From Diplonema japonicum (lineage: Eukaryota; Protista; Euglenozoa: Diplonemea), in the NCBI GenBank assembly GCA_964019335.1, contig OZ025650.1, positions 868,001 through 932,000 on the forward strand: a stretch of DNA of 64,000 nucleotides. The letters are read 5' to 3'. Under the pieces are notes generated by a model, which saw only the letters and a list, made by a program, of their open reading frames with translations, was not told where the DNA came from and searched no databases. Each line of letters begins with the position of its first letter. Positions within the stretch are counted from its first letter, which is position 1. Made by a program: the position numbers and the translations under genes. This document shows, piece after piece, positions 12,329 to 22,829 of this stretch.

Positions 12329-15300
12329 ATGGCAGATCCTTCCGAGGAGCAACCCCCGAGGGAGCTTGACCCCTCTGTCCTTACCCCGCGTGAATTCATA
12401 TCCGATGCCTACGGTAGATGGATCCCTGATAGACTGGACTTGTTCCACGACATGTCTGCCGAGGAAGGCTTTATCGTGGACGGTGACGCACTGGTGATGG
12501 AAGGTTTCAGCAACTGGAACTTGGAGTGGCCTGTCGGGTGCGGGCAGCAGATCCATTTCGTGTACCTTGTCGAGAAGCTGTTGCACGACTTCACTGTCAA
12601 GGAGGGCATGTTCTCCATCGTGTTCTTCGACTGCAACAGATCGCTCTGGGCGGCAGATCCCAGCAAGCTTCTTGCACGTGACCTCCTCTTCCGCCACCTT
12701 AGGGCCACCTTGCCCAAGATCGTATTCTCGTTCCCCAACTGGTGGAGTGACGACTGGGCTGAGTTCATTAGGACCCAGATCCCATCGTACATCCTCATCA
12801 ACGACGGTGAGCAGGCTGCGCAGATCCTCCAGCAGGATGCCGACGCCAACTCTGAGGAGTCCACCAAGATCGTGGAAGACGCTCAGTACCTTCTCCGTGC
12901 CTTCATGATTGACTGTATTGTGAAGAGGGTGCACTGTGTGTACACCACCAGGTTGGTGAGCAAGGACAGTTTCATCCACGCCTTCGTCGTTCGTGCGAGC
13001 TCGAAGAGATTCCTCCCCATGGGGAAGCCCATCGACATGCCTGCCATCATCACCCTCTGCAAGGAGCTCTTTGGCAACGAAGGTAACAGTGCTCTCACTG
13101 TCATCAAGAATACCGAGTACCCTTGCGCGAACATTGACTGCCTTCCCGGCACCGAGGACCAGAGCTTCAGGGTGAAGCTGGGTTCTGCTGCTGTCTCGAA
13201 GGTGTTGAAGTCCGATAATAACTTTTCTGGCATGAAGAACGACCTCGCCAAAGTGTTTGTCCTCCACCAACTTGTTCTCATGCGCCTTCCTATTGGGGCT
13301 AGGGCGCAGAGCCTGATGGAGCAGGAACAGGCCGATGACTCGAGGAGCGAGTACTTCAACGTGTGTGACGAGTTTTTCGCGGCTGTCATCAAGGAGGCAG
13401 CCAGGATGATACCCGCCACTGAGGACTTCAACGACGCAGATGTGAAGGCGCGTGAGGAGGAGGATGCCAAGAAGGGTGAGTTCTCCGACATTTGGGACTT
13501 CAGGTTGATGAGGAAAATGATCGCTGTTCTCCTGCGCGCCGAGGGTAAGCTCGAGGGCCCCGAGAACCTCATTGAAGCCTTCAACAAAGTGTGGACTGCA
13601 CTGTCTGACTCATCTGCGAGCCCCATCCTCTCAAAGGCGGGTGAGGCACCAGAGTTGCACGAGAACACTCAGCACAACTTCACGCTGCTTCCTACCGAGG
13701 ACGCTTTGGTGAACCAGTTGGTCTCGGGCATTCCTTTGCCCGAGATGCCCGATGAGGTGGCTTCAAAGACCCTTGCGCAGCTTGTCGAGAAGCAGAGGTG
13801 GCTCCAAAGGTCGCAGCTGTGGGCGGCGCAGGACCTTGAAGAGGTGATCAAGGGTGATGACTTGTTCAAGGCCACACAGGCTGCCTTCGCTGACTCCTAT
13901 GACACCACAAACGTGTCAGCTAGGAAGAAGAAGAAGATGGAAATGCGTATGGAGAGGTCCAGGGCCAAGTTCTTGCACGCCATCCAGACTGGTGCCGAGT
14001 CCATGGCTGGCGGTTTCCTTCCCCATGCAGAGTCGAGGGTCATCACCAAGGAAGACAAGGACAACAAGAAGCCTACCAAGCAGAAGTTGGGTTCCAAGGC
14101 TGCTGAGATCGCTGAGAAGAACAAGCTCGCTCTGGAGCAGAAGGAGAAGGACTCCCAGGAGCGTGCCTGGTCGAACTTCTACGGCAGGCTCGAGATGAAG
14201 AAGGAGATGTCTGTCGATAAGCTCAGCTCGTGCGCAAATGAGATCGGGAGGTTCATCGGGTCGAAGAAGGTGAAGGACCCCTTCGTGCTGGTGAGGGCCA
14301 GGACTGAGAGATTGAAGTTGCTGGAGCGCGAGTGGGTTGCGATCTGCAAGACTCCCGAGCTGAAGGCAAAGTCCTACCACGTTGCAGTGGAGCTGTTCCG
14401 TGGTGTGCACGAGATGGTTAGGGAGTACATCGTGTGGGCTAGGAATTTCAAGAAGTCTGAACAAACTGATCAGGATGAAAAGAAGAAGGACAAAAAAGAA
14501 AAGAAGGACAAGAAGGACAAGAAGGGTAAGGACAAGAAGGTCGAAGACGTGAAGGATGAGCCGTACAGACCGTTGTTCGGCGACGACGAGATGGTAGTGT
14601 TGCGCAACATCCTTATCATGCTCGGGCTGAGGGACAACTGGAGGAGAATTGACGAAACACTTGCCGAGCTCGATGGCAGGGAGTTCATTCCTACCAAAAT
14701 TGCCAGTGGTGCTAGCAAGTCCGCACGTGTTGTGAGCAAGGACGCCGCAGACCCCAACGACAGGTCGCACGTGAGGTTCCAGATGAGCCAGATGGGGCAC
14801 CTCTTCGAGCGTTCCACTGGTGAGGACGACCATCGTGTGAAGTTCCGCCCTGACCCGTGGCAGAAGTCTATGCTTGACTACGTCGACGCAAAGGAGAGCA
14901 TCCTTTGCTGTGCACCCACCTCTGCGGGGAAGACCTTCATCTCGTACTACTGCATCAAGGAGGTCATGTTCTCATCCAACGAGAACGTCGTTGTGTACGT
15001 GGCACCTACCCGTGCGCTGTGTAACCAGGCCGCGCAGGACGTCTATTCTATCTTCGGGCACAAGAAGTACTCTGCCAACGGTTGGTCGCTGTTCGGTATT
15101 CTTGGTGGTGGTAACTACGTACAGCCCCTACCCCCGATGGGTGGTCCCTTCATGACCCAGGTGTTGATTACCATCCCCTCTGTCTTCGAGCACGTGATGC
15201 TTGCCCCGAGGTACCAGCAGTGGGCCCGCAGGGTGAAGTACGTTATCTTTGATGAAGTCCATTGCGTTGACACCTCTGGTGAGGGTCACTTGTGGGAGAG

Positions 15301-18300
15301 GCTTCTTATGTGTACCAGGGCACCTTTCCTTGCTTTGTCTGCGACAGTGGGTAATGCCGAGGACTTCAGGTCGTGGCTTGCAAAGACCCAAGCGCTCATT
15401 GAGCAGCAGGACAAGGACAGGAACGAGAAGCGTGACTCATACAAGGTGCGTGGTGTGTACTGGAACCAGAGATGGAACGACTTGCAGAAGTTCACCTTCC
15501 AGCCGAGGACCAATGAAGCACGTGTAGGCACAAAGGTGAAGGTCTCCAACCAGCCATTTGGTGAGGACAACATCAAGAGCGTCCATCCCTTCTCCACCGT
15601 GACGAAGGCCATGCTTGAGAAGCTTGGTGAGTTCCCCCAGGATCTGCCGCTTGTCCCTAAAGAATGCTTGCAGCTGTACGACTCTATGCTTGCTGCTTTC
15701 GAGGAGGTCAGCTGCATGGTAGAGGGCACCTGGAGTGACGAGAGCGGGCACAAGGTCAAGATCGACGGCGCGAACCTTACCGGTAGGAAGGGTATGTTCA
15801 AGGGTGTTGTGGGGAAGAAGATCGAGTTGGGTGATGTGCCCAAGCAGAGCGAATTCGAGAACTACAAGCCTTCTGTGTGCTTCGCGGTTGAAGGCGGGAA
15901 GATCTGGGCCGGTATCAACGACGAGGAAGAGCTTGACATTATGTTCGAGAAGGACGGCAAGCTGCAGTTCTGCTCCGCGTTCCACGAGATTGACGGCGGC
16001 ATCATGGCAGCCATGACTGAGAGGGATGAGGATGACGAGGATGAGAACAGGTGTCTTGCCCCTGAGGAGTTCTTCGAGAACGACCTTGCCATCACGCAGT
16101 CTAGGTCCAGGGAGTACGAGGCTGCTTTGAAGAAGGAACTTATGAGCTGGGTCAAGAAAGGTGAGAAGGACATCATCGCCCGCTTGATGGTTGACTGTGT
16201 CATGAAGAAGCTTGGTGGTGGCCTGCACAGGATCTGCACTGACTCCGAGAGGATCGCCACGGAGCAGCAGAACCCCCTTGACACCAAGGAGTTCATCGAG
16301 GAGAACTTCCCCGATCTCCTGATGTGCCTGAACAGCAAGCAGATGCTCCCGGCACTTGTCTTCAACTTCGACCAGGGTATGTGCGAAGATCTTGCTAGGA
16401 AGATGGTCGTGTCCTTGGAAGAGGCTGAGGAAAGCTACAAGGCAACACCCGAGTGGCAGTCCTTCGTAAAGAAAAGGACGGAGCTGATGAACCAACAGAA
16501 GAAGGATATTAAGAACTTCGCCGCCGCTGTGTCGAATGCCAAGAAGAGCAAAGGTGACGAGGAGAACGCCGGTGGCACTAGTACCGAGCAGGATATGTCC
16601 GAGCAACCCGAACTGGTGGACTACAGCATTCCTGACATTCTCCCCGCGTTTGCCTTCGTGCATGGTGAAAGGGGTGATGGTCTGAACAAGGATGACTTCG
16701 AGAAGCTTGTGAAGGACATCGGTGCGCTCGACAGGTCGTCGATCCTCATCAGGGCGTTGGAGAGAGGTATCGGTGTGCACCACGCTGGTCTGCCTGTGAA
16801 GTACAGGAACCACGTGGAGAGGATGTTCAGGTTGAAGAGGTTGAAGGTTGTTGTGGCCACGGATGGTCTTGCACTGGGTATCCACTCCCCCTGCAGGACT
16901 GTTGTGCTTGCTGGTGACGACGTCAGGCTGTCTACCATGCAGTTCAGGCAGATGAGCGGTCGTGCGGGCAGGCGTGGGCAGGACTTTGTTGGGCACGTTA
17001 TCTTCTACGGCATCCCTGAGGGCAAGATCATCAGGCTCATGACGTCAGGTCTCCCCACGCTAAAGGGGCACGTTTCCATCGACACCACCACCGTGCTTAG
17101 GATGAGCTTGCTGAACGCACACACCGGTCCTTCCAAGGGCAGGGACAAGATCGAGGTGGACCAAGAGGTCGTGAGGTGCATGTCGAGGTGCATGATGGAG
17201 CCCCTCTTCTTGCTCGGCAAGCACATCGCCGCTGGTGACAAGGACGCCGCGACTGGCCACGCCCTGTACAACAGGCTCCTCCGCATCCAATGGAGATACA
17301 CCACCGACTATCTGCAGAGAGAAGGTCTTATCACTGCCACTGGTACTGGGCAGTTCTTGCCCGGTCTTGTGACGAGGGCCCTTTACTCCTTCAGCGAGGT
17401 GCACATGAACCCCTCCAACTTGGTGCTCGCAGCGCTCCTGAGACGTGGTGTGTTCCAGAAGGTGTGTGCCCAGTACACCAGGAAAGACAACGCCATGATC
17501 GTAGCGCACATGTCAAAGGTGCTTGCTTACTTGTTCACCCGCAACTCCATGGGTTGGAAGCAGGAGATCCACAGAGCTGTGTTCCAGAACCCCGACGTGC
17601 AGAGCGAGGCGTGCCCCCACGAGGTTGTGTTGACCCCGCTGAACGAGCTTTTCAACGGTGAGGTCTGGAAGTGCATGCAGTCGTACACGAGCGAGTCCCT
17701 TGAAATTTTCAGTGCGCTGGTGAGGCAAATGGCAGAAGAGGTGGAGAAGGTGCACGGGAAGGACACAAAGCTGCCCGTGTCGCGTGTGGACTTTGCCAAC
17801 GAGGGTGAGCTGACCGGTCTGCTGGCAAAGCTGAGAGAGGAGTCAAACGACGTGAAGGCGAGGTCGCCGTTCGTGGCGGTGTGCGGTCTGAAGGACAAGT
17901 TCCACTGTGTGGACGATCTGCTGAAGTCGCTGAGGAGCTGCATCCATCTCGAGGAGGACTCCCTGCCAGTTGTCGACTACATCGACATCCACAGGAGGGA
18001 CCCCAACGACAGGTGGGTCAGGATCAACGCGGCAGCGTGCGACTACATGGTGGAAGGCCCGCAGCTGATAGAAGGCGAGAACTCGAGGATGTTCTTGGAG
18101 GACTTCAACGGGCTGTCCCAGTCGCTGTCGTGGCAGGTGCTGAACAGGTTCATCACAGCAACGACGAACGTGACGGATCTTGTGGAGAGGCTGGCACCTG
18201 CGTGGCCCGTCATCACGAAGACGTTCACGTGCTGCAACACACTATGCCCCCCGCAGTTCAGCGTGTTCACTGCCGCCAACGGGTTGTACAAGTGCCATGA

Positions 18301-18646
18301 CTGCGACAAGGATGGCATTGACACTTGGATGTGCCCGAAGTGCTACGAGGAGGGTGAGGAGTGCGTCACAAAGCAGACGGATGACAACGGCAAGGGCGGA
18401 GAAGCGATCAGGACTGTCAAGAACAAGTCCCACGTCTTCTTCAGGCACGTCTACGACAGGTACGTGCAGACCATGTCGCACATCGCCGCTGACCTTGACC
18501 CTCTCGCACAAACTCTCGGCAGGTCCGAGAGGCAGCACGCCAAGAGGAAGAAGAAGAAGATCACCGAAATTGTCAAACCCAAGAGGCCTATCCTCCAGAA
18601 GCCTGTGTCCAGGGGCAAGCCCCTTCTCTTCCGCATGAAGAAATAG
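12329..18646 (+). CDS. DDX60: DDX60-like Ski2-family DExD/H RNA helicase (kinetoplastid k-DDX60-like) with a C-terminal ZZ-like zinc finger
   Basis: FIVDGDAL N-terminal domain, FRPDPWQ, APTSAGKT, FDEVH, LSAT, RGIGVHHAGL, QMSGRAGRRG. Cys cluster YKCHDC...MCPKCY...HVF. First ATG follows an ACAG acceptor at 12310. Confidence 0.88.
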   Translation: MADPSEEQPPRELDPSVLTPREFISDAYGRWIPDRLDLFHDMSAEEGFIVDGDALVMEGFSNWNLEWPVGCGQQIHFVYLVEKLLHDFTVKEGMFSIVFFDCNRSLWAADPSKLLARDLLFRHLRATLPKIVFSFPNWWSDDWAEFIRTQIPSYILINDGEQAAQILQQDADANSEESTKIVEDAQYLLRAFMIDCIVKRVHCVYTTRLVSKDSFIHAFVVRASSKRFLPMGKPIDMPAIITLCKELFGNEGNSALTVIKNTEYPCANIDCLPGTEDQSFRVKLGSAAVSKVLKSDNNFSGMKNDLAKVFVLHQLVLMRLPIGARAQSLMEQEQADDSRSEYFNVCDEFFAAVIKEAARMIPATEDFNDADVKAREEEDAKKGEFSDIWDFRLMRKMIAVLLRAEGKLEGPENLIEAFNKVWTALSDSSASPILSKAGEAPELHENTQHNFTLLPTEDALVNQLVSGIPLPEMPDEVASKTLAQLVEKQRWLQRSQLWAAQDLEEVIKGDDLFKATQAAFADSYDTTNVSARKKKKMEMRMERSRAKFLHAIQTGAESMAGGFLPHAESRVITKEDKDNKKPTKQKLGSKAAEIAEKNKLALEQKEKDSQERAWSNFYGRLEMKKEMSVDKLSSCANEIGRFIGSKKVKDPFVLVRARTERLKLLEREWVAICKTPELKAKSYHVAVELFRGVHEMVREYIVWARNFKKSEQTDQDEKKKDKKEKKDKKDKKGKDKKVEDVKDEPYRPLFGDDEMVVLRNILIMLGLRDNWRRIDETLAELDGREFIPTKIASGASKSARVVSKDAADPNDRSHVRFQMSQMGHLFERSTGEDDHRVKFRPDPWQKSMLDYVDAKESILCCAPTSAGKTFISYYCIKEVMFSSNENVVVYVAPTRALCNQAAQDVYSIFGHKKYSANGWSLFGILGGGNYVQPLPPMGGPFMTQVLITIPSVFEHVMLAPRYQQWARRVKYVIFDEVHCVDTSGEGHLWERLLMCTRAPFLALSATVGNAEDFRSWLAKTQALIEQQDKDRNEKRDSYKVRGVYWNQRWNDLQKFTFQPRTNEARVGTKVKVSNQPFGEDNIKSVHPFSTVTKAMLEKLGEFPQDLPLVPKECLQLYDSMLAAFEEVSCMVEGTWSDESGHKVKIDGANLTGRKGMFKGVVGKKIELGDVPKQSEFENYKPSVCFAVEGGKIWAGINDEEELDIMFEKDGKLQFCSAFHEIDGGIMAAMTERDEDDEDENRCLAPEEFFENDLAITQSRSREYEAALKKELMSWVKKGEKDIIARLMVDCVMKKLGGGLHRICTDSERIATEQQNPLDTKEFIEENFPDLLMCLNSKQMLPALVFNFDQGMCEDLARKMVVSLEEAEESYKATPEWQSFVKKRTELMNQQKKDIKNFAAAVSNAKKSKGDEENAGGTSTEQDMSEQPELVDYSIPDILPAFAFVHGERGDGLNKDDFEKLVKDIGALDRSSILIRALERGIGVHHAGLPVKYRNHVERMFRLKRLKVVVATDGLALGIHSPCRTVVLAGDDVRLSTMQFRQMSGRAGRRGQDFVGHVIFYGIPEGKIIRLMTSGLPTLKGHVSIDTTTVLRMSLLNAHTGPSKGRDKIEVDQEVVRCMSRCMMEPLFLLGKHIAAGDKDAATGHALYNRLLRIQWRYTTDYLQREGLITATGTGQFLPGLVTRALYSFSEVHMNPSNLVLAALLRRGVFQKVCAQYTRKDNAMIVAHMSKVLAYLFTRNSMGWKQEIHRAVFQNPDVQSEACPHEVVLTPLNELFNGEVWKCMQSYTSESLEIFSALVRQMAEEVEKVHGKDTKLPVSRVDFANEGELTGLLAKLREESNDVKARSPFVAVCGLKDKFHCVDDLLKSLRSCIHLEEDSLPVVDYIDIHRRDPNDRWVRINAAACDYMVEGPQLIEGENSRMFLEDFNGLSQSLSWQVLNRFITATTNVTDLVERLAPAWPVITKTFTCCNTLCPPQFSVFTAANGLYKCHDCDKDGIDTWMCPKCYEEGEECVTKQTDDNGKGGEAIRTVKNKSHVFFRHVYDRYVQTMSHIAADLDPLAQTLGRSERQHAKRKKKKITEIVKPKRPILQKPVSRGKPLLFRMKK

Positions 18647-19700
18647 GCAGAGTGAATTAGCGAGGACGAAAGAAAAAAGAGAAGAAACAAAAACCTCACT
18701 CCCCATTTTATATTTTTATATTATTATCAGTACCACCCTAGTGATGGAAACCATAAAAAGGTAACGAAAGAAATTAGTGTTTTTTTTTCTCTTTTTTTTC
18801 TTCTTTTTTTTTTTTTTTTTAACGTTTCTTTGGATGGGATTGAAAATTTTATTTTTTTAAATACACACTCTCACATGCGCGCAAGAAATACGATATGATA
18901 ACAAAAGTAACCAGTGTAGATATAAAAAAAAAAGACTTAAGTTAAGGGGGTAATCATGCAAAGCTTTTGGCGTTTTTTTCTTTTTTTAATTTTCATTTCC
19001 GGGAAGGGTGAAAAGGTTTCTATTTGTTCTCTTGTAGATCACTGAAATACCGGGGAAAAAAGTAGCCTTTTCCCCCTCTCCCCCTTGTTTTTATAGTATT
19101 TCCCTCATATGTCCCTCCCCTTTCTGTCCCTGTTATTTTTATTTATTTATTTATTTTTTACTTCATCATCATTGCCTTTTCCCATGTTTCCCAACCCGCC
19201 GCTACTTCTATTCCCCCTTTTCGAAACACACCTGCTTTTTTTATATTTTTTTTTAATTCCCCACACGCCCTCGCATCGCCATGTCCCCGTGTGAAGGACA
19301 AGGAAAAGAGAAACAAAAAAAAAGAAGAAGAAGAAAATAAGTAGAAAATATCCTTGCTGTTGATCGGTTTCCCTGTATAACTGCAGGTGCAAACCTCCCA
19401 GGGTTTTTCTTCTTATTATTATGATTTCTTTTTTTTTTTTTTTTTTTTTTTACAACAAGATGATATTATGATTGAAGGAAAAAAAAAAAAAAAAAAAAAA
19501 CGGAAGAGAAAAAGAAGAAAAAAAAAACAAAAACACACACACACAAAACAAATAATTTTTCTCCTTCACCTTCCTTTTCACCGCACTTTTTTCTTTTCAC
19601 CCCACCCCCCATCCCCACATTTTTTTCCCCCACCATATTTTTCCTTTCTGAAAAAAGGAAGCACACACAGGAAGAAGGGGGAAAGGGGGAGGTAGAAGAC

Positions 19701-20051
19701 ATGTTGTTCAGCACGAGTAGGTTAAATGGTGGCAGGCGCTTGTTCAGCTGCACGGCAGTGAATCTTTTCGCATGGCCACGCAGGTATCACGCAGAGGTGA
19801 ACGGTAACCAAGCACTGAAACTTTTGAAATACTCGAGAGGCATACCCTCAGATAAGAAAACCATTTCAACCTTCAAATTAGTATCAGCAGCAGGCCACCC
19901 TTGGTACCATGTGTCTGCGAGACGGAGCATAAAGCACGAGCCCGATAAGCGCACCCAAGTACTGTACGATCCAGTGGTCCAGCGACAAGTCCTCTTCCAC
20001 GAGAAAAAACACACCGGGATGTGCCCTGCGAAGAAAAAATGGACCCAATAG
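19701..20051 (+). CDS. Mitochondrial ribosomal protein bL33m with N-terminal extension
   Basis: Presequence-like N-terminus; FKLVSAAG...YDPVVQRQVLFHEKK matches the bL33 pattern. Confidence 0.8.
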   Translation: MLFSTSRLNGGRRLFSCTAVNLFAWPRRYHAEVNGNQALKLLKYSRGIPSDKKTISTFKLVSAAGHPWYHVSARRSIKHEPDKRTQVLYDPVVQRQVLFHEKKHTGMCPAKKKWTQ

Positions 20052-20198
20052 GCGGGATGGCCAAGAAGCGAGAAGTGTACAATCTATTATTCTTGATATT
20101 TACATTTTTGCGTATACAGTCTTTCACTCTTTCCATTAAAGGTCGGTGGGGGAGGGAGGGAGGGGGAGGGGAGCATAATTTTTATTTGAAAGAGGGAC

Positions 20199-21569
20199 AT
20201 GGCGGTGTTGATGCCCATTCCCCGATACTCGGTGCTTATATGCCTCATAGTTATGGCTGCCTCTGCCGGCTCCATAAGGGTTTCTATGGCGTGTCCCTAC
20301 CCGTTCGTGTCTAACCAGGGCCGGTGCATTAATGTGAAAGAGACGGGAAGGGGGTGGTTCAATGCGGAGGCGTTCTGCAGGTACAAGAGCAGCACGCTGG
20401 CGACGATCGATCACGTGTCAAGAGACGCGCATCGGAAACTACTAAAAGCGTACGGCATCCGCACAGCCTGGGTAGGTTTGATAAACAAAGGCACCGGGTG
20501 GGTGTGGTCCTCTGGTGAACCATTCACCTTCAGCGACCTTGCCCCGCCCACTCCTACCTCTTTCCCACGCTGTGCGGCCTTACGCTTCGATTCAAATAAC
20601 AAATTCTACTTCACATCAGAATCGTGCGACGTTGCCCTCCCGTTCCTCTGTTCCATCGGGAAGGACTACTGCGCGTGGAGCTACTCCCCCAAGATGGAGT
20701 TCACCGGCTACTTCGACGATGACGGGACTTCTGTTTCCATCGTGCGGCCTGGCATCCTGAGACGGGGTGAGAAGGACATTGGGATCGGGACGTGGATCGC
20801 CCCGGACGTCTTCATGGTCCCCAACCCTGCAGGGCTGCAGTGCAACTGGCTTGCAAAGATAAGCAAGCAACACGTGATCTCAGGGTGTCAGCTGAATGGG
20901 AAGTATACCATTGCCAACGAGAGGATAGGGGCGTGGAACAAGCACACCCCCAACTGCGATGCGAATGGTGTTGACATCATGGCGACGCCTGTGCCCTCGC
21001 GGCCCAATGGCCCCACAGGAAAGACAACCAACCCGCCGGCAGTAACTTCTGTTCCGCAAGAACAGGATGTTGTTGTTGTTGCGGAAGAGGGCCCTGATGT
21101 GCCGCAGTGGTTGTGGCCTGCTGCCTTTGGTGCTGTTCTGGCCGCTTCTGTCGTAGCAGCTGTGGGCGTCGCGACCCGTGGAGGGAGGAGCAAGAAGCAA
21201 TGGATGCAGGACAACGATGACACCACAGCACCCCTTACATGTGACACGTGCATTAAGTTCGATGATGACATGGCACGGAACCGATTGAAGAGCATCCACG
21301 CTGCGCTGTCCAAGGAGCTAGCCAAGCCGCTCCTCATCAACGACGTCAGCTGTGTATCAAAAGGCGACAAGCACTTGCATGTCTTCGATCTCCAGCACGA
21401 GCTAGACACGCACACCCTAGGTGCCCTGTCCACCATCTACGCAAGGATGAAGCCGCCCCTCCCGAAGAACACGAGACTCCACGTTACGCTGAACGAGATG
21501 CCTGCACCTGCACCTCAAGAGGCGGAAGAGGACGATGCCATGTATTACGACGGGCCGACCTACTACTGA
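20199..21569 (+). CDS. Type I membrane protein with an N-terminal C-type lectin-like domain
   Basis: Signal peptide; CP..C..WFNAEAFC..LATI..AWVGL..WVWSSG..CAAL..SCDVALPFLC; TM segment WLWPAAFGAVLAASVVAAVGVA; ~130-aa cytosolic tail. Confidence 0.85.
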   Translation: MAVLMPIPRYSVLICLIVMAASAGSIRVSMACPYPFVSNQGRCINVKETGRGWFNAEAFCRYKSSTLATIDHVSRDAHRKLLKAYGIRTAWVGLINKGTGWVWSSGEPFTFSDLAPPTPTSFPRCAALRFDSNNKFYFTSESCDVALPFLCSIGKDYCAWSYSPKMEFTGYFDDDGTSVSIVRPGILRRGEKDIGIGTWIAPDVFMVPNPAGLQCNWLAKISKQHVISGCQLNGKYTIANERIGAWNKHTPNCDANGVDIMATPVPSRPNGPTGKTTNPPAVTSVPQEQDVVVVAEEGPDVPQWLWPAAFGAVLAASVVAAVGVATRGGRSKKQWMQDNDDTTAPLTCDTCIKFDDDMARNRLKSIHAALSKELAKPLLINDVSCVSKGDKHLHVFDLQHELDTHTLGALSTIYARMKPPLPKNTRLHVTLNEMPAPAPQEAEEDDAMYYDGPTYY

Positions 21570-21846
21570 GGCCCGTGAGCCCGTGCAGTTAGGATGGGAG
21601 CAATCTAGATTGAGGCCGGCACCCCGTGAGCGGTGTAGTATTACGGTCTGCTTTTTTGACGACATTTATCAAAGCTCCGAAGTGAAAGGAGCGGGTGGAG
21701 GGTAGAAGGGTAAGATGCGGTACTCCTCTGGAGTATACCAGCCTCTGGAGAGCAACAGCAGAAATGTGTTCGAGTTGATCCCAGCAACGAGCAACGGGAA
21801 AACGCAGAAGAAGAAAAAGTGTAAGAAGAATACCAAAACAAGACAA

Positions 21847-21884
<38 letters not shown>

Positions 21885-22829
21885 ACTCTCTAGCCCACAA
21901 TTTTTATCTTTTTCTTTTTTATTTCGTCTTTTGTACAAGATTTTCCCTCTTCTTCTCTTTTTCTTTTTTACGCGCACGATGGAGCAGATTCTCTCTTAAT
22001 ATTCCCTGCTCCACGTTGCTGCTTTCGCGATTGGGCTGCAGACTGTTTGCAAGCTGCGGAAGCGCTTCAAAAACTAAAAGAAGGTAACACTTCCAGGAGG
22101 CTGGTACGGCTATACCAGAAGTGTAATGCTTCACGTCCGGCCGACGAGGCACCAGGCCATGCAGGAAAATAGCAGCAACGCAATATTTCAAATCTTTTAC
22201 CCATCAGCATGTCCTTTCGTTTTTCTCACAAAAAAAGATTTTTTAAAAAAAGAGACTTTTAGCATTTTTTTTTTTTTAATTTGCTTTGTGTGAACAACAA
22301 TAAATACACTGCTGTTTCTTTTTTTTTTTTTTTGTTCGTTTCTTCATTCTTCCTTTTTTTTCATCTTCTTTTTTCTTAGTTGCAGATGTGAATCGTGCTC
22401 GGCGGAGAGGGTGGGGAAGGGGGGTACATAGGTATTCGTAATCAACAAAATCCACCATTTCACTCACATGGAGGAGACGTGGTTCGTTATGTGTGACGAT
22501 AAAGCGGTTTTATTCCACCCTTTAGCGGCACTCAACAGGTATTACTGTCGTAAAGAACGACATAGTTCCCCCCCCCTCTGTCCGTTTTCTTTTTATGTGT
22601 GTCCCAAACGTATACCAACTACAGGATAAGGAGGAAGAGATCCAGAGTACCGGGAGTATCCCAAAAGCTTCTGTGAGTCTGCGCTCTCCGTAAAATACTC
22701 TTTTTTTTTTTTTTTTTTTTTTTTGTCTTATGTCTTAGTTCATATTTTCCAATTCCTATTCAATACCTTAGTATTCTTTTTTCCTATTTTGTGACCCAAA
22801 AACTACAACAACACACTCCCCTTACAGGT

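Noticed and set aside
15437-16996. Long minus-strand ORFs (519 aa here; also 12323-13270, 24240-25184, 33142-34326, 46955-48403)
   Set aside because: Antisense shadows of GC3-rich, codon-biased + strand genes, with no recognisable domains.
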